DNA of 64,000 nt from Chloroflexota bacterium (GTDB taxonomy: Bacteria; Chloroflexota; Limnocylindria; Limnocylindrales; CSP1-4). The position numbers were made by a program, and so were the translations under genes. Position 1 is the stretch's first letter. Each line of letters opens with the position of its first letter. The notes under the pieces were generated by a model that had not been told where the DNA came from, made no database searches, and was given only the letters and a program-made list of their open reading frames with translations. The stretch lies in NCBI GenBank assembly GCA_016781485.1, contig JADDQH010000003.1, positions 5,384-69,383 of the forward strand. Reading direction: 5' to 3'. Shown here one piece after another: positions 24,650-34,832 of the stretch.

Positions 24650-26089
24650 ATGTACGACCTTGTCGAGGCGGCCGTCCAGGCCGCGGTGGATGGCGGCGCA
24701 CGGTATGCGGACGCGCGGGTCATGGAGACGCGCGCCGAATCGATGTCGGCCCGCAACGGCGTGGTCGAGGCGCTCGACCGGCAGCAGAGCGCTGGCATCG
24801 GCGTCCGTGCCCTCATCGGCTCGTCCTGGGGCTTCTTCGCCGTCGCCGACCTCGGGGCCGAAGCGGCGCGGCGCGCTGGCGAGCAGGCTGCGAGCGTCGC
24901 GCGAGCGTCGGCACGGGTGTCGGGCAGAGAGCTTCTTCTCGCGGCGGCAACACCGGTGACCGGGAGCTGGGCGAGCGAGTGCCGCGAGGATCCGTGGGCC
25001 GTGACGCTCGCGGAGAAGGGCGACCGACTCGAGAGCGTCACGCGGACGATGCTCGCGCACGGAGCCGATCTTGCGGAGGCGAGCCATCGCATCTGGGATA
25101 CCCGCAAGTGGCTCTTCAGCAGCGAGGGTCATCGCGTCGACCAACACATCGTCGAGTGCGGGGCGGCGATGAGCGCGACCGCCGTGGGTGAGAACGAGAC
25201 CCAGCGTCGCTCGTATCCGGGGATCCGGGGCCAGTACGGGACGCGCGGCTGGGAGCTCGTCCGCGAGCTCGACCTTCCCGCCAACGCGCCCCGGATCGCG
25301 GAGGAGGCGCGCGCTCTGCTGACCGCTCCCGCGTGTCCCGCACTCGACGCCACGGACCTCATCCTCGGCAGCGAGCAGATGGCGCTCCAGATCCACGAGT
25401 CCGTGGGGCACGCCGTCGAGCTGGACCGGATCCTCGGGTGGGAGGCGGCGTTCGCGGGCACGTCCTGGCTCGACCTGGCGCAGATGGGGAGCCTCCGGTT
25501 CGGCTCCGGGCGGATGAACATCACCGCCGACGCGACCCTCCCCGGCGCTCTCGGTAGCTTCGGGTACGACGACGAGGGGACGCCGGCGCACGCGGTCGAC
25601 ATCGTCCGCGACGGGATCTGGGTCGGTGTCCTCTCCGGCCGGGATTCGGCGGCGCTCGCCGGCATCGATTCCGGTGGGGCCGTCCGTGCCGCCGGGTTCA
25701 ACCGGATCCCGATGGTCCGGATGACGAACGTAGGCCTGCTGCCGGGCGACAACAGCCTCGAGGAGATGATCGCGGCGACCGACGACGGTGTACTCATGGA
25801 CACGAACCGCTCGTGGTCGATCGACGACAAGCGGCTGAATTTCCAGTTCGGCTGCGAGATCGGATGGGAGATCAAGGGCGGCAAGCGCGGGCGCATGCTC
25901 CGGAATCCGACGTACACCGGTATCAGCCCGCGCTTCTGGGGCTCGATGGACATGGTCGGGAACCGGTCCGAGTGGACGTTCTGGGGTACCCCCAATTGCG
26001 GCAAGGGGCAACCGATGCAGGTCGGCCACACCGGACACCCTGCCGTCCCCGCGCGGTTCCGTGGCATCCGGGTGGGGGTGAGCGGATGA
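24650..26089 (+). CDS. tldD: TldD-family metallopeptidase
   Basis: HESVGHAVELD (HExxxH) zinc motif and the GxC C-terminal region; start set to the ATG giving the conserved N-terminus MYDLVEAAV. Confidence 0.8.
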   Translation: MYDLVEAAVQAAVDGGARYADARVMETRAESMSARNGVVEALDRQQSAGIGVRALIGSSWGFFAVADLGAEAARRAGEQAASVARASARVSGRELLLAAATPVTGSWASECREDPWAVTLAEKGDRLESVTRTMLAHGADLAEASHRIWDTRKWLFSSEGHRVDQHIVECGAAMSATAVGENETQRRSYPGIRGQYGTRGWELVRELDLPANAPRIAEEARALLTAPACPALDATDLILGSEQMALQIHESVGHAVELDRILGWEAAFAGTSWLDLAQMGSLRFGSGRMNITADATLPGALGSFGYDDEGTPAHAVDIVRDGIWVGVLSGRDSAALAGIDSGGAVRAAGFNRIPMVRMTNVGLLPGDNSLEEMIAATDDGVLMDTNRSWSIDDKRLNFQFGCEIGWEIKGGKRGRMLRNPTYTGISPRFWGSMDMVGNRSEWTFWGTPNCGKGQPMQVGHTGHPAVPARFRGIRVGVSG

Positions 26090-27465
26090 TCGAAGGGCCG
26101 ACATCGACCGAGTCACGGACGGGCGCCGCCGACCCGGTGGAGGTCGCCGAGCGCGCCCTCGAGATCATCCGCGCGAAGGCGCCCGAAGCGGAGGCGGAGG
26201 CGATCGTCGGGTCCGGCACCGAAGCACTGACGCGGTTCGCGAACAGCGTCATCCACCAGAACGTTGCCGAAGAGACGAGCCACATCGCGTTGCGGATCGC
26301 GATCGACGGACGGACGGCGTCGTCGAGCCTGGACGGGCCGCCAGACGGTGAGGCACTGGACAGGCTTGTCGATCACGTCCTGGAAGCGGCTCGCGTCCGG
26401 CCCCCCGATCCGGACTGGCCTGGCCTTGCTCCGCCCGCACCGGTACCTCCTGTCGATCACTGGGACCAAGCGACAGCTCACGCCTCCCCCGACGATCGGG
26501 CGACGCGTATCGCGGACTTCGTGGACGCGGCGGGCGGGCTGGAGACGGCAGGAACGTGCCTGACCAAGGCGTCCGTCGTCGCCTTCGCGAACAGCGCGGG
26601 ACAGAGATCGAGCGGCAGGACGACGGTCGCCGCCCTCGACGGGATCGCGCGGACAGGCACGTCGGACGGTAGCGCACGAGCGGCCTCGCACCGCGTCGCG
26701 GCATTCGACGGCCGGCTGCTCGGCGAGCGCGCGGCGCAGAAGGCCCGCGCGGCGGCGGATCCGACCGACCTCGAGCCAGGTCGTTACGAGGTGATCCTCG
26801 AGGCCCAGTGCGTGGCGAACGTCCTGCAGTTCCTGTTCATCTACGGGTTCAACGGACGCGCGGTCGAGGAGGGACGCTCGTTCGTCCGCGTCGGCGAGAC
26901 CCAGTTCGACCCAGCGGTCACACTCAGGGACGACCCCACCGACCCCGAGACCGTCGGGGTCGCGTTCGATGCCGAGGGGACGCCCAAGCGCCCGCTCCAC
27001 GTCGTTCGCCACGGCGTCACTTCCGCCGTGCTCCACACGCGCCGAACAGCAGCGAAGGCCGGCGTCGCAAGCACGGGACACGCGATCGAGGGTGCCGATG
27101 AGTGGGGGGCGTTGCCGTCGAACGTCGTGCTGGAGGCCGGCGACCGCTCGCAGGACGAGCTGATCTCCGGTGTCGAGCGGGGGCTTCTCGTGACCGATCT
27201 GTGGTACACCCGGATCCTCGACCCGCGGACACAGGTCGTCACCGGGCTGACACGGAACGGCGTCTGGCTCATCGAGGGCGGGCGGATCGCTCGACCCGTG
27301 CGCAACCTTCGTTTCACGCAGTCGTTCCACGAGGCGCTCGCGCCCGGCGCGGTCCGCGCGGTCGGCTCCGACCGATCGCTCGTGCTCGGCGGCTTCGAGG
27401 GCTCATATCTGGTCCCGAGCCTTCACCTCGCGTCCTGGAACTTCACCGGAGGCGCGTCCGGCTGA
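26086..27465 (+). CDS. PmbA/TldE-family partner metallopeptidase
   Basis: TldD/PmbA fold without HExxH, ATGA overlap with tldD; pairing is typical. Confidence 0.75.
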   Translation: MIEGPTSTESRTGAADPVEVAERALEIIRAKAPEAEAEAIVGSGTEALTRFANSVIHQNVAEETSHIALRIAIDGRTASSSLDGPPDGEALDRLVDHVLEAARVRPPDPDWPGLAPPAPVPPVDHWDQATAHASPDDRATRIADFVDAAGGLETAGTCLTKASVVAFANSAGQRSSGRTTVAALDGIARTGTSDGSARAASHRVAAFDGRLLGERAAQKARAAADPTDLEPGRYEVILEAQCVANVLQFLFIYGFNGRAVEEGRSFVRVGETQFDPAVTLRDDPTDPETVGVAFDAEGTPKRPLHVVRHGVTSAVLHTRRTAAKAGVASTGHAIEGADEWGALPSNVVLEAGDRSQDELISGVERGLLVTDLWYTRILDPRTQVVTGLTRNGVWLIEGGRIARPVRNLRFTQSFHEALAPGAVRAVGSDRSLVLGGFEGSYLVPSLHLASWNFTGGASG

Positions 27466-27474
27466 TCGCTCGCG

Positions 27475-28770
27475 TCAGTCGTCACGCCGGGTCGGGTCGA
27501 CCGGGCGCAGGCAGAGCGCGGCGAGGGCGAAGAACACGAGCGTCAACGCGAACGCGGCACGCGGACCGGCTCCGAAGTCACGGGCGCCGACACCATCGAG
27601 GATCAGGCCGCCGACGACCAGTCCCAGCGGACCGGCAAGCGCTGTCGCGACGTTCGAGATCCCCATGTACCTGCCGGAGGTCGCCTTGGGGATGATGTCG
27701 GTCATCAGCGCCCAGTCGACGGCGAGGAATGCGCCCGCAGAGATGCCGACCGCCACGAGTCCCGCGACGGCGACCTCGAGCGAAGGTGCCAGCGTCACCA
27801 CCAGCGTGCCGAGCGCGCCGACGACGCACGCGAGGTAAATCACGTTCTTGCGGCCGACGCGATCCGAGAGGCGCGCCGCCGGGAACGTCGCGAGGGCGGT
27901 CGTCGCTCCGACGATGACGAGGATCAGGAACAGCGAGCCCGCGGCCTGCTCGTCCGAGAAGCCGAGCGACCGCTGCAGGTAGTAGAGCGCGAAGCCCGTG
28001 ATGACGGCGGGTGCCGCCAGGAAGAACAGTCGCGACAGCAGCAGCCAGACGTAGCTACGCTGGTCGAGGATGTCGAGCGCCCACGCGGAGGCCGCGATGC
28101 GGGTCCACGAGCGCCCCTCTCGCGGCGGCCCGCTCCGACCCTCGTTCACGAAAGCGACGAGCACGAGCGCGGTCGCGACTTCGATCAGCCCGAGTCCGAC
28201 GGTCGGCCAGAAGAAGTCCGCTCGGGCGAGACCGGCCGTGGCAAGGCCTACGCCCACCATCTGGCCGAGGATGATCATGAGCCCCATCAACCCGCTCGCG
28301 AGGCCGACCTGTCGCGGCGGGACCAGATCAGGGACGTAGCCCTGGAACGGCCCCTGGGCAACGTTCGAAGAGAACTGCAGTAGCACGACGAAGGCGAGCA
28401 GCGCGAGGTACGTCTGCGATGTCGCGATCCCGAGAAGGAAGACGACGTCCAGGAGCCCGCCGATGATGATGTACGGCTTCCGCCTCCCCCACCTCGTGAC
28501 CGTGTAGTCGGAGATCGCCCCGACCGTCGGCTGGACTGCGATCGCGACGGCCATGCCGGCGGCCGTGATGACGCCGAGCGCCGTCCCTGACGTCCCGGTC
28601 CCGACGATGTCCACGAGGCGCCGCGGCAGGATGACGTCGTTGAGGCCGGCCCAGATCGCGTTGATCCCCAGCCAGTAGACGGACAGGTTGACGAGATGCA
28701 GCAGCGGCAGCGTACGGGTCGGCCTCCCTGCCGCCGCAGCCGTCGCCGCCGCGCGTTCCGCGATCGCCAT
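27475..28770 (-). CDS. MFS transporter
   Basis: 12 TM helices; conserved Arg-rich loop GRKNVIY-like motif region. Confidence 0.7.
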   Translation of the reverse strand: MAIAERAAATAAAAGRPTRTLPLLHLVNLSVYWLGINAIWAGLNDVILPRRLVDIVGTGTSGTALGVITAAGMAVAIAVQPTVGAISDYTVTRWGRRKPYIIIGGLLDVVFLLGIATSQTYLALLAFVVLLQFSSNVAQGPFQGYVPDLVPPRQVGLASGLMGLMIILGQMVGVGLATAGLARADFFWPTVGLGLIEVATALVLVAFVNEGRSGPPREGRSWTRIAASAWALDILDQRSYVWLLLSRLFFLAAPAVITGFALYYLQRSLGFSDEQAAGSLFLILVIVGATTALATFPAARLSDRVGRKNVIYLACVVGALGTLVVTLAPSLEVAVAGLVAVGISAGAFLAVDWALMTDIIPKATSGRYMGISNVATALAGPLGLVVGGLILDGVGARDFGAGPRAAFALTLVFFALAALCLRPVDPTRRDD

Positions 28771-29032
28771 GGCGCATTCTCACCCGTCCGTACCGAGATC
28801 CGTTGGCCCCATTCCAGCAACGGATGATCCGAGGGCCGAGCGACGAGTCCGCCGTCGCCACGACCGAGCGGCCGCCGTGATCGACGGCCTTGCCCGCCTA
28901 GGGGTGTGCTACGAGGAGCCGCGGTCGCTCATGAGTCCGGCTCGCCGCGCGGGAACGAGGACGCATCGCGAGCTTGCCGCGGCGCCGACGGGGTCCCGCG
29001 GCGGGGGGCGAGGTGGACGAGGGGGCCGCCGG

Positions 29033-30169
29033 TTACGCGGCGCCGGCGCGGATCGACGAGGAGCCCGGTCGCTCCATCACGCCACCGCCGCGCCCGTGGA
29101 CGAGGAGCGCGGTCGGCGGGAAAGTCGTGACAGGGACGAAGGCGGCGCCACGCCGCTCGATCTCGTCCAGCAGCAGCGGCACGAGGTCGGGGTCGAACTG
29201 CCGTCCCGCGTGTCGCACCAGCTCGTCGAGTCCCTGCTCCACCGGCAGCGCGGCGCGGTACGGCCGGTCGTGCGTCATCGCATCGAACGCATCGACAAGC
29301 GAGACGATGCGGGCACCCAGCGGGGTCTGCTCCCCACGAAGGCCGTCCGGATAGCCGCTGCCGTCCCAGTGCTCATGGTGGTGGCGGACGATGGGCAGCA
29401 ACGTGGGTGACGCCTCGAGTGGTCGGCAGATCCGCTCGCCGATCTCGGGGTGGCGGCGCATCACCGTCTGCTCTTCTTCGGTCAGCGGCCCGGGCTTGTT
29501 CAGGAACGCCTCAGGCACCCCGATCTTCCCGACGTCGTGCAGCAGAGCCCCGTACGCCACGCCTTCGAGATCGATCGTGTCGAGGCCCGCGCGCGTGCCG
29601 ACCCGCGCTGCGAGATGCGCCAGTCGCTGGCAGTGATGCTCCGTCATCGGGTCCTTCGCTTCGACCGCGTTGGCGAGAGCAGCCGCGACAGTGTGCGCAG
29701 TCTCCATCCGCGTGATCGCCTGTCGAAGGCGGAACGCACTCCGGATCCGAGCGAGCAGCTCCGGTTGCTGGAACGGCTTGGTCACGAAGTCGTCGGCGCC
29801 CGCATCAAGACCGGCGACGATGTCGTTCAGGTCGGTCCGGCCGCTGATGAGGATCACCGGGAGCGTCGCCGTCCGCGAGTCCTTCCGCAGGCGTCGACAG
29901 ACCTCGTATCCGTCCATGCGGGGCATCGTGACATCCAGGAGCACGAGATCCGGGTCGTGCTCCGGGATCGCGCGCAGTGCGCTGTCACCGTCTGCGACCG
30001 ATACGGCGCGGTAGCCCTCTCGTTCCAGGATGCGCGTCAGGAGCAGGCGATTGCTCGCCTCGTCTTCCACGACGAGGACAAGAGGGCCGGAACGGCGGGG
30101 CTCGAGTGGATGACCCAAGGGGTGTTCCTCGGCGTACTGGGCTCGCCGGAGATCCGGCAACGTCCGCAT
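29033..30169 (-). CDS. Response regulator with HD-GYP phosphodiesterase output domain (c-di-GMP)
   Basis: REC domain (LVVEDE...D...LLDVTMP...K) plus HD...HHExxDGxGYP (ALLHDVGK, RHHHEHWDGSGYPDG). Start trimmed to the ATG before the REC domain. Confidence 0.8.
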   Translation of the reverse strand: MRTLPDLRRAQYAEEHPLGHPLEPRRSGPLVLVVEDEASNRLLLTRILEREGYRAVSVADGDSALRAIPEHDPDLVLLDVTMPRMDGYEVCRRLRKDSRTATLPVILISGRTDLNDIVAGLDAGADDFVTKPFQQPELLARIRSAFRLRQAITRMETAHTVAAALANAVEAKDPMTEHHCQRLAHLAARVGTRAGLDTIDLEGVAYGALLHDVGKIGVPEAFLNKPGPLTEEEQTVMRRHPEIGERICRPLEASPTLLPIVRHHHEHWDGSGYPDGLRGEQTPLGARIVSLVDAFDAMTHDRPYRAALPVEQGLDELVRHAGRQFDPDLVPLLLDEIERRGAAFVPVTTFPPTALLVHGRGGGVMERPGSSSIRAGAA

Positions 30170-30374
30170 ATCTTTCGTGGTGGATGGGATGTGGAAAAGT
30201 CGGACGTTTGCACTAGGACTGCGCAGTACTTTCGAGCCAGACGCCGCTTCGGGCCGGGTGAGGATCCGTGGACGAACAGGACCATCGGGGACGGCGGTAC
30301 GGAATAAAGGGGGGTGTGCTGCGGAACCGCACCGGACCAGACTCCACCCGCCGATACCGAATCCGGGGAGCACG

Positions 30375-32129
30375 ATGATCCGAGTCCGCTCGCGCCCGCT
30401 GGCGCTGACCGCCATTGTCCTGGCCGCGGTCCTTACCGCGCCGTCCGGCGTTCTCGCCCTCGGTCCCACCGCTACCCCGCTTCCGGCCGACGGCGGTGCA
30501 GGGCGCTCCTTCAGCCCGGATCCCTACCCGACGCGAACGCTGACGCCCGCGTCCTCCGGGATCGACGCTGCGCGTGGCCGCGCCGAGACCGGCGAAGTGA
30601 CCATCGAAGCGACGACGAGCCAGTTCCCTCCGGGCGACGAGCGGTACCACACGTACGCCGAGATGAGCGCCGAGACCGCCGCGCTTGCCGCCGCGCATCC
30701 GCGGATCGTGAAGCGGTTCAGCATCGGCAAGTCGTACCAGGGACGCGAGCTGTGGGCCGCCAAGGTCAGTGACAACGTCCTGGTCGACGAGAACGAGCCG
30801 GAGGTGCTGTTCCAGGGGCTGCAGCACGGCGACGAGCACATGGCGCTCGAGATGACGCTGTACATCTTCAACCAGCTCGTGAAAGGCTATGCCGCTGGCG
30901 ATGCGCGCATCAGGAACATCGTGAACAACCGCGAGGTCTGGATCGTGTTCGCGCTGAATCCGGACGGCGCCGAGTACGACATCGCCGGCGGCTACTACCA
31001 CGGCTGGCGCAAGAACCGGCAGCCCACGCCCGGCTCGAGCCACATCGGCACCGACGTGAACCGCAACTTCCCGTACCACTGGGGTTGCTGCGGCGGCTCC
31101 AGCGGTGACCCATCGAGCTCCCGCTACCGCGGTCCGTCACCGCTCTCCACGCCGGAGGCGCTGGCGCTGAAGCGGTTCGTCACGAGTCGCATCGTGGGCG
31201 GGGGGCAGCAGATCCGGACGGCGATCGACTTCCATACGTACGGCCATCTCGTCTTGTGGCAGTACGGCTACACGAAGACCGACGTGCCGTACGACATGAC
31301 GAGGGCCGACCACGACGCCCTTGTCGCGATGGGAACGCACATGGCCAGCACGAACGGCTACACCGCCGGACAGGGAGCCGATCTGCTGTATCTCACCGAC
31401 GGATCCGCGACGATGTACCTGTACGGGGTCCACCGGATCTTCGTCTACACCTTCGAGCTCGACACGCACGACTATCCGGCGGACGAAACGATCGCCACGG
31501 AGACCGCCTCGAACCGCGAAGCCGCTCTGTATCTCATGGAGCAGGCAGGATGCCCGTACCGCGCCAGCGGGAAGGCGGCGCAGAACTGCGGGCCGCTCTA
31601 CGAGGACTTCGAGATCGGGCGCGGGTGGCGGATGGACCCGTACGGGACCGACACCGCGACGATGGGCCGGTTCGAGCGGGGCAACCCGCAGTGGACGAGC
31701 TCGAACGGCTACAAGCAGCGCGGCACTACGATCTCGGGCAGCGTCGACCTTGTCACCGGCCGGCTCGCAGGCTCGTCCGTGGGCACGTTCGACGTCGACG
31801 GTGGCGTCACGTCCGCGCTCTCTCCCGTGATCACACTGCCGGCGGGGAGCAGCTACACGCTCTCGTTCCGCTACTACTTCGCACACTCGCAACTGGGCTC
31901 CAGCGCCGACTACTTCCGGGTCAGCGTCGTCCGCGCTGATGGTTCGAGGAGTCGCGCGTTCCAGCGCCAGGGGTCGCTGAAGGATGTGGACGCGGCCTGG
32001 GCGACGGCGGGCATCGACCTGAGCACGTTCGCAGGACAGAAGGTGCGCCTGCTGTTCGAGGCGGCGGACAGCGGCACGAACAGCCTGATCGAGGCCGCCG
32101 TCGACGACGTGCGGGTCACGCGGCCGTGA
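30375..32129 (+). CDS. Secreted zinc carboxypeptidase, peptidase family M14, with a C-terminal beta-rich domain
   Basis: Signal peptide; M14 motifs HGDEH (HxxE), NPDG, NRNF, FHTYGH, YTFEL. Confidence 0.8.
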   Translation: MIRVRSRPLALTAIVLAAVLTAPSGVLALGPTATPLPADGGAGRSFSPDPYPTRTLTPASSGIDAARGRAETGEVTIEATTSQFPPGDERYHTYAEMSAETAALAAAHPRIVKRFSIGKSYQGRELWAAKVSDNVLVDENEPEVLFQGLQHGDEHMALEMTLYIFNQLVKGYAAGDARIRNIVNNREVWIVFALNPDGAEYDIAGGYYHGWRKNRQPTPGSSHIGTDVNRNFPYHWGCCGGSSGDPSSSRYRGPSPLSTPEALALKRFVTSRIVGGGQQIRTAIDFHTYGHLVLWQYGYTKTDVPYDMTRADHDALVAMGTHMASTNGYTAGQGADLLYLTDGSATMYLYGVHRIFVYTFELDTHDYPADETIATETASNREAALYLMEQAGCPYRASGKAAQNCGPLYEDFEIGRGWRMDPYGTDTATMGRFERGNPQWTSSNGYKQRGTTISGSVDLVTGRLAGSSVGTFDVDGGVTSALSPVITLPAGSSYTLSFRYYFAHSQLGSSADYFRVSVVRADGSRSRAFQRQGSLKDVDAAWATAGIDLSTFAGQKVRLLFEAADSGTNSLIEAAVDDVRVTRP

Positions 32130-33808
32130 ACCGCGCTCGGAGCGGCCGGCAGCAGGATGCCGGAGACGCACTCCCTGCTGTCCACCCCTCGCGGCGCCGG
32201 ACGTTCGCGCCGGCGTTGCTCATCGCCCTGGCCGTGACGCTCCTGACACCGCCGAGCCCGTCCGCGACCGCCGCTGCAGCCGATTTCCCGCCCGGCTTCG
32301 AGGGCTATCACACCTACTCGGAGATGGCGACCCATCTCGCGGACGTCGCTGCCGCGCGTCCCGGGATCGTCCGCCGGTTCAGTATCGGGAAGTCGTACCA
32401 GGGGCGGGACATCTGGGCGGTCAAGGTGAGTGACAACGTGGGGACCGACGAAAACGAGCCGGAGGTGCTGTTCGACGGCAACACGCACGCGCGCGAGCAC
32501 ATCACCGGCGAGATGGCGATCTACCTGCTGGACATGCTCGTGCGGGGCTACGTGAACGGCGACGCACGCGTCAGGCGGGTCGTGAACACGCGAGAGATCT
32601 TCATCGTTCCGATGGTGAACCCGGACGGCGTGCAGTACGACATCTCCGGCGGGGTGTTCCACTACTGGCGGAAGAACCGTCAGCCGAACGCGGCTACCAC
32701 GGCCGTCGGAACGGACATCAACCGCAACTACGGCTACCACTGGGGCTGCTGCAACGGCTCCAGCACGAGCCCTTCGAGCAGCCAGTACCGCGGCCCGAGT
32801 GCGTGGTCGACGCACGAAGCGCGCGCCCTCCGGGATTTCATCAACCGACGGGTGGTCGGCGGTCGGCAACAGATCAGGGCCGCGATCAGCTTCCACAGTG
32901 CGGGCGAGCAGGTCCTGTGGCCGTACGGGTACACGTTCACGGATGTTCCGGGCGACATGACGACCGAGGATCACACCGCGCTCGTCGCGCTCGCTCGCGG
33001 CATGGCCGCCGACAGCGACTACACCGCGATGCAGTCGAGCGGCCTCTACGTCACCGACGGCGATTACATCGACTGGGCATACGGGATCCACCGGATCTTC
33101 GCCTACACCTTCGAGCTCTACCCGCCGGTGACGAGCGACCCCGATCGGCACTACCCCGACGACTCGCTCGTCCCCCGCGAGACCTCCCGCAACAGGAGCG
33201 CGGTGCTACGGCTGCTCGAGAACGCCGATTGCCCCTACCGGGCATCCGGGCGTGCTCTCCTCGACTGCGGCCCGCTCTACGACGACTTCGAGATCGCCCG
33301 CGGCTGGCGCATGAACCCGAGCGGTACCGACACGGCGACGGCGGGACGCTTCGAGCGAGGGAACCCGGAGACGACCTCGTCGTCGGGGTACAAGCAGCTG
33401 GGCACGGCCGCGAGTGGCAGCCTCGACCTCGTGACCGGGCGCCTGGCCGGAGCGTCGGTCGGGACGCACGACGTGGACGGTGGGAAGACCTCCGCGATGT
33501 CACCCTCGATCACCCTCAGTGGTGGCTCGACCTTCCAGCTCCGGTTCCGCTACTACTTCGCGCATTCGTCCCTGTCCTCGACCGCCGACTACCTTCGCGT
33601 GAAGGTCGTGACCTCCTCGGGTGCGACGAGGACGGTCTTCCAGGAGTTCGGCTCCGCGGTGGATGACGACGCCGCGTGGACGAGCCGAAGCATCGACCTC
33701 GACGCATACGCCGGCCAGAGCGTCCGACTCCTCGTCGAGGTGGCCGACGGAAGCACGAACAGCCTCGTCGAGGTGGCGATCGACGACGTGCGGGTGACAC
33801 GGGAGTAG
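32126..33808 (+). CDS. Secreted zinc carboxypeptidase M14, tandem paralog of the upstream gene
   Basis: Same motif set (HAREH, NPDG, NRNY, FHSAGE, YTFEL); ~55% identical by eye to the upstream copy over the full length; ATGA overlap. Confidence 0.8.
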   Translation: MNRARSGRQQDAGDALPAVHPSRRRTFAPALLIALAVTLLTPPSPSATAAAADFPPGFEGYHTYSEMATHLADVAAARPGIVRRFSIGKSYQGRDIWAVKVSDNVGTDENEPEVLFDGNTHAREHITGEMAIYLLDMLVRGYVNGDARVRRVVNTREIFIVPMVNPDGVQYDISGGVFHYWRKNRQPNAATTAVGTDINRNYGYHWGCCNGSSTSPSSSQYRGPSAWSTHEARALRDFINRRVVGGRQQIRAAISFHSAGEQVLWPYGYTFTDVPGDMTTEDHTALVALARGMAADSDYTAMQSSGLYVTDGDYIDWAYGIHRIFAYTFELYPPVTSDPDRHYPDDSLVPRETSRNRSAVLRLLENADCPYRASGRALLDCGPLYDDFEIARGWRMNPSGTDTATAGRFERGNPETTSSSGYKQLGTAASGSLDLVTGRLAGASVGTHDVDGGKTSAMSPSITLSGGSTFQLRFRYYFAHSSLSSTADYLRVKVVTSSGATRTVFQEFGSAVDDDAAWTSRSIDLDAYAGQSVRLLVEVADGSTNSLVEVAIDDVRVTRE

Positions 33809-33839
33809 CGGCGGCCGCTCGGCGGCTGTGTTGCTGCCC

Positions 33840-34832
33840 TCAGGGGAAGGCGGCCACCGCCGCGACGAGCAGCTCGACGAACCGTTCTCGGTCGATGCGG
33901 ACGCCGACCTCCGCGTTCGGGGCCAGGCGTTCCTGATCGGCTGGATCGACCAGCTCGACGATCGTCCGCCCTCGGCTCGACTCGTCGCCGGTCTCGACCT
34001 CCACGCGTGCCGAGCGCGTCTCGACGAGGCCGAGGTCCAGGACATGGGCCACCGCCACGGCGTCGTGGATCGGCGATCCTTCCCAGCCGTAGCGGTCGGC
34101 GTGGAAGCGGGCGAAGTACCGGAGCAGGTCGGCGAACACAGCGCCCGTCCGGGTCGCCAGCGACCGCAGACGCTCTGCGTCGGCGAGGGTGAACAGCGCC
34201 TGATGGGTGACGTCGAGCCCGATCATCGTGACCGGGCGTCCGGACGCGAAGACGCGCGCGGCCGCCTCGGGGTCCTGCCAGATGTTGAATTCCGCGGCGG
34301 GTGTGATGTTCCCCTCCCCGATCGCACCGCCCATGACGCAGATGTGCGCTATCCGGCCGGCGAGCGTCGGGTATGCGTCGAGGAACATGGCCACGTTGGT
34401 CAGCGGCCCGACCGGGACCAGAGTGACGGCCTCCGAGCTCGCTCCGATCAGGTGAGCCATCAGCTCGACGGCACCCTCGGGCCAGGGATCGATCGCCGGG
34501 ACGGGTAGCTCCGCTCCCTCGAGACCGCTCTCGCCGTGAACGTGATCGGCGACCTGGAGCGAGCGCCGGAGCGGCCGATCGGCGCCCGCGCCGACGGGGA
34601 TGTCAGTGCGGCCCGCCAACGTCAGTACCGCGAGGGCGTTGCGGGTCGTGTGCGCGAGCGTGGCATTCCCCGCCACGGTCGTGACGCCCAGCAGGCGCAC
34701 CTCGGGACGGGCGAGCGCGAGGAGCATCGCGAGCGCGTCGTCGTGCCCCGGGTCACAGTCGAGGATGATCGCCGTGCGCCGCCTCCCGCCGGCGGCGTCG
34801 GCGGCAGGACCTGCTGGAACGACGGGCCTCAC
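33840..34832 (-). CDS. Nucleoside hydrolase (inosine-uridine-preferring family)
   Basis: N-terminal DCDPGHDDA (DxDxxxDD) calcium/ribose-binding motif. Confidence 0.8.
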   Translation of the reverse strand: MRPVVPAGPAADAAGGRRRTAIILDCDPGHDDALAMLLALARPEVRLLGVTTVAGNATLAHTTRNALAVLTLAGRTDIPVGAGADRPLRRSLQVADHVHGESGLEGAELPVPAIDPWPEGAVELMAHLIGASSEAVTLVPVGPLTNVAMFLDAYPTLAGRIAHICVMGGAIGEGNITPAAEFNIWQDPEAAARVFASGRPVTMIGLDVTHQALFTLADAERLRSLATRTGAVFADLLRYFARFHADRYGWEGSPIHDAVAVAHVLDLGLVETRSARVEVETGDESSRGRTIVELVDPADQERLAPNAEVGVRIDRERFVELLVAAVAAFP

